Origin: Spongospora subterranea f. sp. subterranea
Taxonomy: Eukaryota
NCBI GenBank assembly: GCA_049724395.1
Contig: JAUGWO010000120.1
Coordinates: 124,001 to 188,000, forward strand
Length of the DNA stretch: 64,000 nucleotides
Direction: 5' to 3'
Both the position numbers and the translations under genes were made by a program. The notes beneath the pieces were generated by a model. It saw nothing but the letters and a program-made list of their open reading frames with translations, searched no databases and was not told the DNA's origin. Positions 39,541 to 52,585 of this stretch are shown here, piece after piece (the stretch's first letter is position 1; every line of letters starts with the position of its first letter).

Positions 39541-42309
39541 TTATGAAACGGAAGCCGATCTAGATTTTAACTTTAGATTTTCTTGATTGATAGCTTGTAT
39601 TTGATTCTCTAAATCTTGAACGTATAATCGAAGCGAAGCAACCTCCGCTGAATTGAATGGCGGCATTTCTGTGGATATAATCGCCCTAAACAAATGGTTA
39701 AAAATAATTGTTGATCGAATCACACGACGTTGATGAACCTCTCCCATGGACGGCGAAGCACGACTTTGAATAAGGAATGCCCACATTTTACAAGTTCCGT
39801 CTTTTCGGACTCCCGAAGAGTGTAAGCAGAGATTAAATTGGCAGCGAATACATTAACGATGACAGTATTAACAAGAAAGTAAAAAGCAATAAAAAACAAG
39901 CTGGACCAGATTGAAGTATCAAGAATAGCAGGATATAGATTGTTTTGCCAATTGTTTGAAGTGGACAGTTGGAAGAGTGCCAAGCATGCACCTCTGACAG
40001 CAACGGTTAACGCAAAACGTACCAGCTAAAAGAAACATATAAACCTACAAAAAGGAGTCAAAGTTTTCATCTCCAGTTGAAAACAGATGAGGATGCCCAA
40101 TTCTAGCTTCGGAAAATAGTTCAAGACCAATCGTGGCGAAGAAGAAAAATACTGCGGCAAGGATGAAGAGCAAGTGCCAAACAATGGCACTACTGGAGCG
40201 TAATGTTTGAAGAAGTGGACGCGAACTACCCCTGAACGTGCAGTAATATATAGAGTGCAAAACCTACTGTTGATGCGCGTTAACTTACCATATGGGCAGG
40301 ATACGCAATACCCGAAGCGATCGGCTGACCGTCAAATACGGTCCCCAAAGAGCTATTTCTGCTGGTACCGACAAGAACACAAGCATCAAATCTAAACGTC
40401 TATCCTCCCATGCCCCTTCACAGAAATGGGGTTAACACAAAAGCATTTGCAAGGTGGACGCGTTACCTTTGCAGCCTCGCGCTGCAATAATGATAACATT
40501 TTCTGACAACATGAGTGACAGGAAAAACCAGTTGGATATATGCATCAACAGCGAATATGGTTGACCGGATAACAAGAGCAAAGCTATTAGATTGGCGACA
40601 CTAATTCCTAGATTGCCTATCAGTAAATGACATGAAAATTGGCAGTACTTACCTAAACATGTGGTGCGGAAATATTTTAAAGATGTGATGTTCAAAGCTC
40701 TGCGACAGCCAACTCGCAGCACTTCACGCCAGTTCGCAAGTTCATCTCCAGACTCAACACAGTCCCAAACCTAACGCATATATTGACACATGTTTCGATC
40801 GGGTAACAACAAGAATTTACCTGAGTGATCTGATAACGCAAAATCTCAATCAAAGCCATGAATTCTTTGAGCTCAATATTATTATTATGGTTTTTGTCAA
40901 GAAGATTAAATAACACGGTTCGATGCTCAGCGGGTAGCGTCGGAACAAAATAACTTAGAAACGTGTTAAAAGTTGCCTGAGCAATAAACTGTCACGGAAA
41001 CGGAGAACCGGCACGAGCAACGCTGTTTACCTCATCTAAGCAGGACTGGCTCGAAATCTCGGTTAACATCTGATAACAACAGAACAGGGAACTGTGGTGA
41101 AAACAATAATGAATGGGTCTAAGCAGCAACACTACGGACACTAGCTGACAAACCGTTGTTCTTTTGCACGATCATGAGAAACCTTTGCTGTGTGATGATT
41201 CCGATAGAAACGATAGGTTTCTGCCAAAACCAGGTTCATAAACAACCACGCTCCAATGACGAAAAACGAGAAAAAGTACAGGGTCGCGAGCAACGGAGAC
41301 TGATGCATCCCAGGAGAGTATATATCTAATATGCTGTAAATGGCGTGGTTGACGCATGTCCAGATCATAGACCCTGACCCGGAAAATTCTCGGAAGTAAC
41401 CAAGACAATCAGCGCAATTACTGCATTAGGAACATTGTTGAGGTTCTGAACTGAACTGAACTGAATCTCGTTTGGATCGTCGTACTTTCCGTGTGAAAAA
41501 AGAGCCACACCAGAGATCGCGTAGCAGGCCACAATTACAAGCATGCATCCAAATAGATGTGCTGCAGAACATTGATACCATAAACTACATGGCCAGGTTA
41601 ACAACTGCTTACCAATGCTCGGTATAGTCTTGAGGACGACGAAAGCAAAGCGGCGTAAGGGTTTACTGCTTAACAATGGGATAAAGGACCTGAACGGCCT
41701 AGAAAAACGGAGAACAGGTGATGGGTAATAACAAAACGCTATAGTGAGATCGATGGCAGTTATGAGTAGAACACATGTAAGTATCAAGTTCCATCGCTTG
41801 TCTCTAAACCGTTTTAACCCTAAATCAACGCCTTGCAAGCAGAGGTCGAGGAGCAAAAAGGTTACCAAAACGGCCTCCAATATTGTGATATAATACGGGG
41901 TGCTTTCACAAGCTGTACAAACGGGCTCAAAAAACACTAAACAAACCTTGCATCCAATAAACGTCAAAAGCCTTTGTGCATAACAGTCAGGTGATTTACA
42001 AATGCAATCGCCACGATCCGACGAAGATTTGTGCATGTCCTATTCCTCATGAACCGAGTTGCAGAGGAAGTGGATTTATCAGAGCGCGGGGTCAATTGTG
42101 CACTGAATATCGATCATAGACGCGAGTCGGAAAATCGTAATTACGACGACAATATTCCACGAACAATTCAGCTACCTGTGACCATCGCGAGCGTCTTGTG
42201 CAAACTCAACTGCTAGGTTCATGCATCGCCGCCTTGGGGACGACTGGTTCGCTCGCAGCAGTAAATCGGTCAGATGCGAGTTTAGCGTTGGCAAATCCGA
42301 ATCGATCAT
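39541..42309 (-). CDS. TPC: Two-pore channel with an EF-hand linker
   Basis: Two 6-TM repeats; S4 RFSRPFR; pore 1 LVTSENFP; EF-hand DKNHNNNIELKEF; pore 2 LFQLSTSNNW; many short introns. Confidence 0.88.
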
Positions 42310-43075
42310 GGTCAAGCTTTGTGAAATATTTAGGGGACATTCACCGGAATTGGTCCTGAAACCGCGATTACGTAGCCCAATTGCGAATCCGGCGCTGCTC
42401 CGGCCATGCGACGCAGAGAATGGTGATCAATTTCCGGACTGGCGATGAAGACTGCTTAGCCCTTGAGGGTCATAATAATTATAGGGCTTGGCCTCGCAGA
42501 AATAGGACTGTGTGTACATTGGGTTTGGTCTCGTGAATCGTAATGTACACATGATACACAGCGAACAACGGTACGGACACGATCGACCCGTCACCACCGC
42601 TATCGACTTTCAAATTCAATCACATGTTCGGTTGACGACTAAGGTCATTCCATCGTCGTTATGGCTAAGATGCGTTGCATATGAATACGGTCCTATATTG
42701 TCAACTAGGTAGTGCAGTTACAAACACTTGAAAACAAAATCAAGATTTTGACGGACGAAGAAGAGCAGCAATGATGAATTTTAAACTCATTGTAGACGAT
42801 AACGAACAGCTATTTCATAACAATCTTGTTTTGAAAAAAACAAGCGACGATATTATTTCCGAGATATGACATCATTTATCGAAAAACAGTCTCATGAATA
42901 TAAACTGTGCTCGCTTTATGCGCCATAATCTAAACAAAATCTAAGGTTGAACTGCAATATCGTTTAATGAAACTTGTAAAAGAGAAAGATGGCACACTCG
43001 ATCTCGATGATTTCCTGCCCGAAAAAGGGAATGCCGCTCCGGACTCCGTAAAGGAAGCTGTAGTTTATCTACTGT

Positions 43076-46000
43076 ATGTCGTATTCTGAGGCGGGTGGAG
43101 GAGTTCTAGCCGCCTTGGCTGCAATCCATGATGGGCGCACCTCCAAAGCCCAGCGCGACGCAGCGTCCAAATTCTGCGACGATTTTCGAGCTACTGGATT
43201 CCGTTCGGTGGAAGTTGCGCTGGAACTTTCATCCCCTTCAATGCCCGATCATGCTCGACATTTCGGACTTCAATCAATAATTGCCATTATTGACCATCAT
43301 TGGAATGCATTGTCGCCTCCCGATAAGCAGGTTCCATTGATCTGTTATATTATTGCATTTTTGGTCCCTTTGCAGTTTTTTCGAATCTGAAAAAACCATT
43401 ATGTTGTTTCTTTTTCTGTTCCTATAAGGTCGTTTCTGTCGCGGTCTCATTGCTTCGATGCTGTGTTTTTTTCTTCTATTTGATGTGAGTAATCTCGATT
43501 TTCATAAATTTTCTTTGTTTGGTGTGATCAATCTCGATTTTTCTTCAATACATTTTTAGCTAATTGCTATGTCATCCGGCTGATTCGTTTGATTTTCAAT
43601 TAAGATGATGATGAATACAAGCATGAACCTGATTAGGAGCGGATGTCGAGCCGACGGCACCGACGTGAAATTTGTAAAAGAGATGGTTGCTAGAATTGTC
43701 GTTGAAATTGCTGCACGTGAATGGCCTCAGCAATGGCCTAATCTGCATATCGACTTGCTTCAGGTCGTATTTCCTGATATTTTCACATTGTTTTGATTTT
43801 TCGTCATAACGTCTGTTTTGTTGAAATGGGTTTATGTTGAAAATTGGAACTGGTCTCCTTAGGCGGCGCAAACCACGGTTACATCCTGCCAGTTAACAAT
43901 TCTGGTGTTCTCGGCATTAGCTGAGCTGGTTCTCAAGCCAACCGTGTCTGGCCGAATTTTTCTTCCGGTAATCTACCTGTTGATTTACCTCAAAATCATA
44001 TTAACAGATCTCTCATTGCATATCGTCTTGTTGTACAGGAACGTCGCCGGCTTGAAATTCGTACTGGACTGGAAACGGTTCTCCCAGAGGTTAATCCTTT
44101 CCTAATTTCTTGTCTTCAGTCATCCAGCCAACACGTTGTATCTTCCGCATTTCAGTGCATTACATCATATGCTGACTGGGTAATTATTAGCTTGTGGTTT
44201 GTATTCAAAAATTTTCGAGTTCAGCAGCAATGTTAAATGCTTTTGTAAATAGCGTTTTGGTCTGTATTTATTTTTTCTTACAGTGCTCCCTTGCTAACAT
44301 CGTTGGTGGACGCGTTTTGTCGTCGTTAGCCGCAGCGCTTGTGTCTCCACAGCATTTTGAAAGTGCTTGTGAACCACTACAGCGCATATGCTCTAGAAAA
44401 CCTACGACTGTGAGAATTCAGGTTCTACAAGATTTTCTTGTTTGAGCATTTTCCTTTTTCCAGACCGACCTAAAGTACGATTCAGAAATCAACGCCGTGT
44501 GGGCATCTGCTATATCTATCACGTCGACGCTAGTAAAATCGACGCCGTTTCCCGAGCAGAAGCATCTTGTAAAAATTGCGATAGAACTTTTATCGGTCCT
44601 ATCCAAATCTCATCGTCAACGGCTCAGTAATCTAATGCGCTTCACCACGTGTTTCATCATTTTAATTCGCCAATTAGGCGAGGGGCCCACAACGCTTCGT
44701 AACTCGTACTTGTCACTTCTTGGCGATCTTTTGAAGTTTGATGATTCTGAGGTTGTCCTTACTTTGTGTAATACTGCTTTTTTGATCGAAATTTTACCAA
44801 GCATTCGTTTGTACCAATAATGACTAAATTTCTTTTAACGGTATCCATTGTCTTTTTGCGCTTTTATTTGTATATGCCGTTCGCGTTGATATTACAGATG
44901 TTTGCAGTCATGGTTGTTTGATGGTTTGTTTAGATTGGAATCGCGATTCTCTCTGTGTGGACGCCACTCATAAAGGATTCTATGGTCGTCGCTTCCGCTG
45001 ATGCGAACACTTCTACCTCGGCACCGATTTCACCCCTTTCGGCTGCAGCCCGTAGCATCATCCCCGTTGATCAGCGGGCTGCCATTTTGCAAGAACTGCT
45101 TGTCATTGTCATTGAGAGGCTTATTGCTACTCGAATACCCGCTCATTCTTCAGGTTTGACGACATTATGTATTTGCTGCGTCTCTCCATACAAATGCAAT
45201 GATTTTTATCCGTTTCACATGTTGATCGGGTTCGAAACTTGTTTTCCATTTTTTAGACAAATGTTTCTCCATTTAATGATGTAAATGTACAGCTGACGAC
45301 ATTGAGGACGATGAAAATGAACTTCAAAGGGTTTATCAAAAGTATCGCACTGCACTTTTAGATTTAGTAAAAGTAATTGCGGTCGAGGCATCACTTGTTT
45401 CACTACGACTAGTCGGGCATCACGTCGTCAGACTGCTGAACGTTAAGCCTAATGATCATCTCAACGTTGCGGGATATGCAAGTTCTCAGTCTACCGCCGT
45501 AGAACTTTCTGCGTTCTTTTCATGAGCTCATTGCTGATTGGGGTTCAGGTTGTTGAATTACAGTCGGCGTGTACTTTGCTTGCCGCTGTACTTGATTGCT
45601 CACCGTTTCGTTCTGGCTCTACTGCTGATGCCTCGATAACGGAAATGTTGCAGTATTTGGTGGCGTCGATTCTGTCAACAAATGTCGTCGATCCGCATAT
45701 GCTGTTAAGGCAGGCGCACGTCCTGATTCTTTTCCATGAAATGCTCTCTAAAACACCTCAGGTATAGAAATGTTGTCATTATTAATATTATTTTTGGTAT
45801 CCAAATTTTATTCTGTTCTTGGTGCTACGCGTATCCGGTTATTTGCTCGTTTTGACGTCTCTATAACTTTCTGAATATCAATTTGTTGGTTTATATAGGC
45901 GCTCCGAGCTGTTGTAGAGAAATTGCTGTGGATTAATGGTTTTATACCGCCCCATCACGAGAATTTTGATGTAGTTCGCGGAGATACTATCGCGCATCAG

Positions 46001-48372
46001 CGCAAAGCGATATATTCATTAATGGTTTTATCGAAGAAGCCTCACTGTGCTGCTGTACTTCTCGAATGGTAAGCTGCATATTCTCGCCCATCTCATCATC
46101 CATATTAGGTGTCAAACAGTTCAAGTGTTCAATAGGTATCTTACTATTGTCTTTTCAGGTTCGATGAGCTGTCTCAAGTAATGCATTCTCTGTGCTCTAC
46201 TCGTCCAATGCACGCCCCATTACTCCTGGAATGTCTCGTTACTATTTGTAACGCCCTGTCATCAACGGTGTCACGTGTCGATTATGTTACGCAGCTGGCC
46301 CGTCGCGATTCGGTTGAACTAGTTGGGATGGACATCGCCCAGTTTGTCGAGGTGCGCCCCGATGTTTTCGCTTCCTCTAATGTTTCTTGTTTTAAATTGA
46401 GGCGCTGCTTGCAGATGTTCGGTATACGGGAATCAACAATTCTACAGGTGGACCTTGATTTTGCCATTGCTCATCGCGATCAACGTCGACGAGTTTGTGC
46501 GATAATCAACACGCTGCAATCAGTTTTTCGTGGACTCGCCATTCCCGAAGGTGATACTGAGGCGCAAAAGGTTTTTTATTTTTTCAAAAAGTCCTCTTGC
46601 AATGCTTATGAACTGTCTGTTAGTTACTGTGGTCAACAGTGAGCGTTTTACTTCCCAAAATTCTCACGCTGGTGTCGCACATTCATAATTTGATGTCGTC
46701 CACTCTTTTCAGCAAGGCTTCACCTGCTGCTCAAGCCATTCTCGACCCGTGGATTCAGGGAGGTGATCGTCTTGCTGAACAGGTTGGCTTTCCTTTTGAA
46801 TTCTGAATTCGCTCTCAAATTTTTCAATCCAGCTGTATTCCAATAATCCTGAACATAAAATCGCAACCGAACAAGTGCGAAACCAACTCTGTAGGTTATT
46901 CTATGCCATGAAAACAAAGGTTTACACATTTATCTGCAGTCTCAATTTCAGGAAATGTCACCTTTGCGCCCCTTTCTTGACACTGCTGCCCTCGATGCCT
47001 CACCAACGATTTTATTCTTTACTTTTTGTGTCTTGAGAGTTTCCAAATTTGTCTCATTTCTATCTTGACGCAGACTCAATCCGAGATCAATGTTATCAAT
47101 GGTTATCCTCGTCGACGTCCTGCCCTTATTTCTTCACGTCCGATCTGCTCAACGTCGTTGTCCAAACTTGTCTCTCGGATGCTTGCTTGGGTGTTGGCCC
47201 TCACGCATTACATCACACCCGAGTTACAACCGTCCTCAGCAAGTTTTGGGTCGTGTTTCTTGACAAATGTTCTATTCAGCACCCTATGTATGGCAGAATG
47301 TATATCTGCCGTGTTGTTGTTCATGCATGCAAACAGGTTCATGTTCGTGTTTTCACGAATCGTAACTGTGCTGTTCTCACGTCTATCGCTGCAATGGTCT
47401 CAAGTCTTAGGGTCGCAAGTTGAGGGCAGCATTGAAAGGGAAGTGTTTGAAGAAAATTCTCTAAGGGAATGTACGCGCGTATTACTGCAGGCAATGCAAA
47501 CAGCGTTATCCCCCCATAATTGGGTAGCGTACGTTTTTTGCTTTATATCTCGACATGCCGGATTTAGCTTATTGTTTGTCGCTCAGGTTTACCGATCACC
47601 AACCAACGGTTTTACGCGCGACCGGTGTCAGACATGATTCGGCTTGCGGGGCCATTTGTGAAGATCCATCACTTATAGGTTCAATTCTTAACATTCTTCA
47701 TATGGCCTTGCAGGTTCCAGATTCGACATCTCAGACACGTGCCGCGGCTCTAGTTGCACGTCTTCTCCCTTACACGGCCCCTTTATCCCATACTCATGAG
47801 ACAACTTTCAAGATTTTAGAAACATGTCTTAGGTGGTTAGCATCAATGACCAAAACCGCCGCCTCCTCATCGGGACCAAGTCAAGGTTAATTTACACATA
47901 ATTGGTGATCAATCCAATTAGTAACGTTGAACTTGTGCTCTGACTCAGATTTCATTGGCGTTTGCTACGAAATTCTCAAGCATTTTGCCAACGTCGACAA
48001 CACCCCATATAGATTGATGTGTGCTATTCCGAAAGTGGTCATCGGTGAAGGTAATTTCGCTGAACGCAACTTTTCGTGATGTATAACCATATCCCAGTTG
48101 ATTCTCTTGACGAGCTGCTGCGGTCTTCGGCGCAGTCCACGAAAGCGATGCGAACTGCGGTTCGTAATTTTCTTCTGACTTATGTTCCTGGACAAGATTC
48201 CTTCAAAGATAATCGCATTCAAGGTCCGTATCCGCTTCAAAGGTTCAGTAATTTCTCTTCGACTAACCTGTACATCTCAGATTTACCTTCCCATCTTGTC
48301 ATTCCCGAAAAAGATGGGGTAAATACTCGCCCATCATCACCCGCGATATCGCTTCCGGACCTATTTCCATAG
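43076..48372 (+). CDS. XPO5: Exportin-5-like importin-beta family protein
   Basis: ALAAIHD..QRDAASKFCDDF..ARHFGLQ..HHWN and VEIAAREWPQQWP; helical HEAT-like exons over about 5.3 kb. Confidence 0.75.
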
Positions 48373-49179
48373 ATCAAATTCATTATATCTTCAACTCACA
48401 ATTATCTTTATCATACAATCTATTCATAAACTATCTGGTTTCATTGTTTTTAATCGCTTGTCGAGTTCGTCACAGTTATTTGCTTTGTGAAGTTCGTGTC
48501 AATGTAATCTCAACATCATCACGGAACCTTCGTCAGCCAGCAACTATATCATCAGGCATATAATCCATCAGCTAATAAGAAATTCAAGAGAGCTCTGTAC
48601 TATCAATCTGTTGTTGAAAACAATGATCCAAAGGCGATATTCATACTGAGGCAAACAATGTGTTATTTGGAAATAGGTCACTTATGCTGACAGCAAATGA
48701 AGACCATAAGTAGTCGACAAACCTACTTTATTACTTTTCACTTGTTAAACACTCCCGATTTGATGTGTTCCTTATTCGTAAGAGAACATTCCATACAATG
48801 CATACCAAACATTTAGCAAACAAGTTCGAATAATATTGAGGAAAACCTCAATCAGAACCCTGAGCTTCGCATGTCACGTCCACCTTTCCGAAAATCGATT
48901 CTCCGTTTCTGGTCACGAGTTAAGGGTTTGTTTTATTGAGTCGAGTTAAGCTGGGATACTCAAAATGGATAAACCCCATGGCCATAGTGTACTTCAACCA
49001 CAATTCCAATGAACTACCAATAGGTTCTATCAGACGCTCTTTGTCGGTGCCACAAAGGCAGTCGGCGGTTGGCCATGATATGTGATGATGAAGCGCCATG
49101 TACCTACCATGGTTGATACAATACCGGTTGGCGGTAGTGCAGTGTAGGACTGCTGTATAGGAGGCGGTTGATCGACGGA

Positions 49180-51525
49180 ATGAATGGCGCAATGAAATCA
49201 ACCACTATCGGTAAAGGCAATAATGCAGTGATGTCGTCCCATACAGCATCGCTGATCAAATGGCTGTCCAATCCTGAATCATATCGCACATCGTCCTGCC
49301 GTAATAAAATCGCCGTCAAACAAACTCATCTTTCGGTGATATTCCTTCTTGATGACGGTAATGTCCAATATGCCTTAGTTTCCCGTATTACTCCCAAATT
49401 ACCAACAATTCAAAGTTGTTATTCCCTTTCAAAACAAACAACTGAACCTTTCTATCCAGTCGTATTTAAGGTAAAAAAACAAGTCGAACTCGGGTTTGTC
49501 GACTATTCGACCTTGGAAAAGCGCCATGCGCTATGCGAAGCTGAAGTACAGTTGAATAAGCGTCTTGCCCCATCTGTTTATCTGGACGTCGTACCGATTT
49601 ATCACGACAAACAACGCTACGTGATTGAACCTAATACGATATCCGACGACATGGTCGTCGTTGAATATGCAGTTAAAATGGTCCGCCTCCCTGATGAGCA
49701 GTCATTGCTGTTTGATTTGAAACGAGGGTGCGTTGTTGAATAGGTTTCGTTATTGCTGTCGACGTAATCGAAATCTTTCCGCCAAATTTGACAAAACAAC
49801 TGTTTGCCTTAGTGCTTTATGTGGGGACGACCTTGCTCCGATAGCAGGCGTCATCGCAAATTTTCATATGAATATCGCCGCTCGATCTCCTCAAATATCT
49901 GCCTTTGGTTCGTACGAAAACATTCTGTTCAACGTCAATGAAAACTTTCAGCAAACCGCTTCGCATGTCGGCCAAGGTTCCGTCCCCCGACAATACAATA
50001 TTCCGCTTCTTAGTTTCACATTAGGATTCGTCTCAGCCAGCGTCTTTGCTCAAGTTAAGTCGCAAACTCTGAAGGTGGGTAACAATCAGGAAGAAAGTGG
50101 AGTTTTCGACAATACCAACGACCGATAGGTTCTGTCAGATGTTCATGACCTAATTCAAGAGCGGGCAATCAATGACGAAATTTGTGATTCCCATGGCGAT
50201 TTACGATTAGAGCACGTGTATCGATGTGGAAGTACCATCAATATCATCGACTGTATAGAATTCAATGACCGGTTCGTAAACATCATCGCTTAGACTTTGC
50301 TGGAACGTTCAGTCATGATTCGCGTTGCTCACCACCATCTGGTCGTTACTACTTAGTTTTGTGGGGTTTTCTTAGAAATTTCATCAATTGCTGGTTTCTT
50401 GAGAAATTTTAGCATATTAGCATTGTGCTTTTGATTGTTCACTTTTTCTTGTTGTCTTCTGCGCTGTTTGGAAACCTTCAAAGAGAGGAAGCGCTATAGT
50501 AATAGAATATTGATGATTAGGTTTCGCTATGGTGACCCATTATTAGATGTCGCATTTCTGTACATGGATCTTTTTTATGAATCAGCTGGCTTCTCGTTGC
50601 CAGAGCGGCTGTTTGCTGAATATGTGAAGTCGTGTCGAATTCAAGATGTTCAACGATTAAAGGTGGTTCTCACATATTGGCGTCCTGTCTAATCCCAAAC
50701 TACATCAATCTAAACAATATGTAGCCACTGGTTGCGCTTTACTCATCGTATCGCAGCATAGTTCGCGCCAAAGTGACAGCACTGAGAGCGTTAGATGTTG
50801 ACGTTGATGGCGATGAACGGGACCAATCTCGAAAACGAGCGCAGCGACACTGGAATGTCGCCCTAATGCTCATTACATCTCCATCATCTCGACCGGGGTT
50901 ATTATTTCGAATTTTCGTTCAAGGTCTTTCTTCTGTTTAATTTTCATTAATAGGGTAATTTTGGTGTCAGGGCTTCCAGGATCAGGAAAGTCAACAGTTG
51001 CTCTCGCGCTGGAATCGTTGACCTCGCATTCTGTAATCATACGCAGTGATGTAATTCGCAAAGAGTCGCCAGGCACCGTTATTTCGTACGATGATGAAGC
51101 AAAGGCGGTGCTATATGGTGAGATGCTTGTCCGCGCTTCGAAGCTCGTCTCCCAGGGAAAATTGGTATTAGTTGATGCCACCTTCAATTTACCCGCGGAA
51201 GTCGAACACTTTCGAGGGTTGGCGCTAGATCAAGGTGTAGTGTTTGCTATTTTGCTTTGTTGTTGCAAGGACCAGAATGTGAATCGTGAAAGAATTGAAA
51301 AACGTGAAGGGGACGCTTCTGACGCCAACTGTACGTCGGTCCGTTTTGTTTGGTCGATGAAGCGCTTATATTCAATATAGGGGAAGTGTACAAACGAATG
51401 GCACGTTCTTGGGTTGGGCCAACGTTGACCCGACAGCAAATGTGTCTGAAGTTGATACAAGCGGAACTTTGGAGCAAACTAAGAAAAATGCACAATCGGC
51501 TTTAGCGTCGATCGGGTTGCTATAA
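49180..51525 (+). CDS. Bifunctional APH-like kinase / P-loop (AAA_33-like) protein of bacterial type, intron-containing
   Basis: QTHLSVIFL, FKVKKQVELGFVDYSTLEKR..CEAEVQLNKRLAPSVYL, EYAVKM, HGDLRLEH, IDCIEFNDRFRYGD..DVAFLYMD, GLPGSGKST, IRSDVIRK, VDATF, R.GDASDA; possible frameshift near 51416. Confidence 0.88.
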
Positions 51526-52585
51526 TACAAGGCATTGTATTGGATTGCGACATGGAATCGAGACTGATTTCGGAAGTTCAGATGGAACTGGCCTCAAAGA
51601 ATTTGATTGCAGTAGGGTCTAAGCTCGAAAGCTTTTCAGATATCACTCATCATATCGATCATCAAACCCAATGTGAAATCAGGTCCACAGCAATGGCAGA
51701 GACTTTGCATTAGCCAAACCCCGATTTAAACCAAGAGAAGGAAGGCTGACTGACAGGATCACCAACACATTAGATATTACGACGAAGGTGGTGATTAACT
51801 CATCTATCAAAACAATAGCACAAATATTGCATATTATTCAAACACTGGAACATCAATACCAAAATCTGTTTCAGTTCGGCCAATCAATGAAAAGTATTCG
51901 ATTGTAAAGTGCCGGTGACCTTGCGAGGGTGCGACCAATGTTGTCGTCAGTATAGGCGATCACCATACAGGGAAGGCGGTACAATATCGGGTCCGACATA
52001 AACATCATCATTCTGCTCTTGATCTTAAACTCACTAGATATCGATCTTTTACACTAGATCTTCAACTGACAAATGCCCTGATTAACTCGATATTCCTCTA
52101 GCAGAGCGGCTCGTCAAATTGTCGTCAATATCAATGATGGTGTCTCCAAACAAACGGTACTTATAACCCCGACTGCAATAGTGACGATCACGACCACAGC
52201 CAACATTGGGCCAATAACGCGACCACAACCCGTATATGGCAGACCTTGTCAGGCGCCTACCAGCAATTACTTCAATGGCTGGGTGAAATACCGGCCCTAT
52301 TGGAACTACCATATCACTCCCATCATAAACTTGTAATCCGCTTGAGGAGGTTGTAGCTGTTAAGCCAAGCCGGCGAAACAAATGGGGTGGTTTTGAGAGC
52401 ACAAACTCACTTCTTGATAGAAAATTCGAGATTTTGAAGCCTAAACAATGACCTTTTTTTAACAATTCTGTCAATGTGATATTTACACTAACGCGCTCCA
52501 AAATGTAATAACTTGTATTGAAGTTAGGTGAATACATAGCTCATCTCTCATCTGTGTTAATGATGATCGTGACGCGACCGGGATC

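Noticed and set aside
48530..48700. Sel1-like peptide fragment
   Set aside because: Short, bounded by stops and without a credible start.
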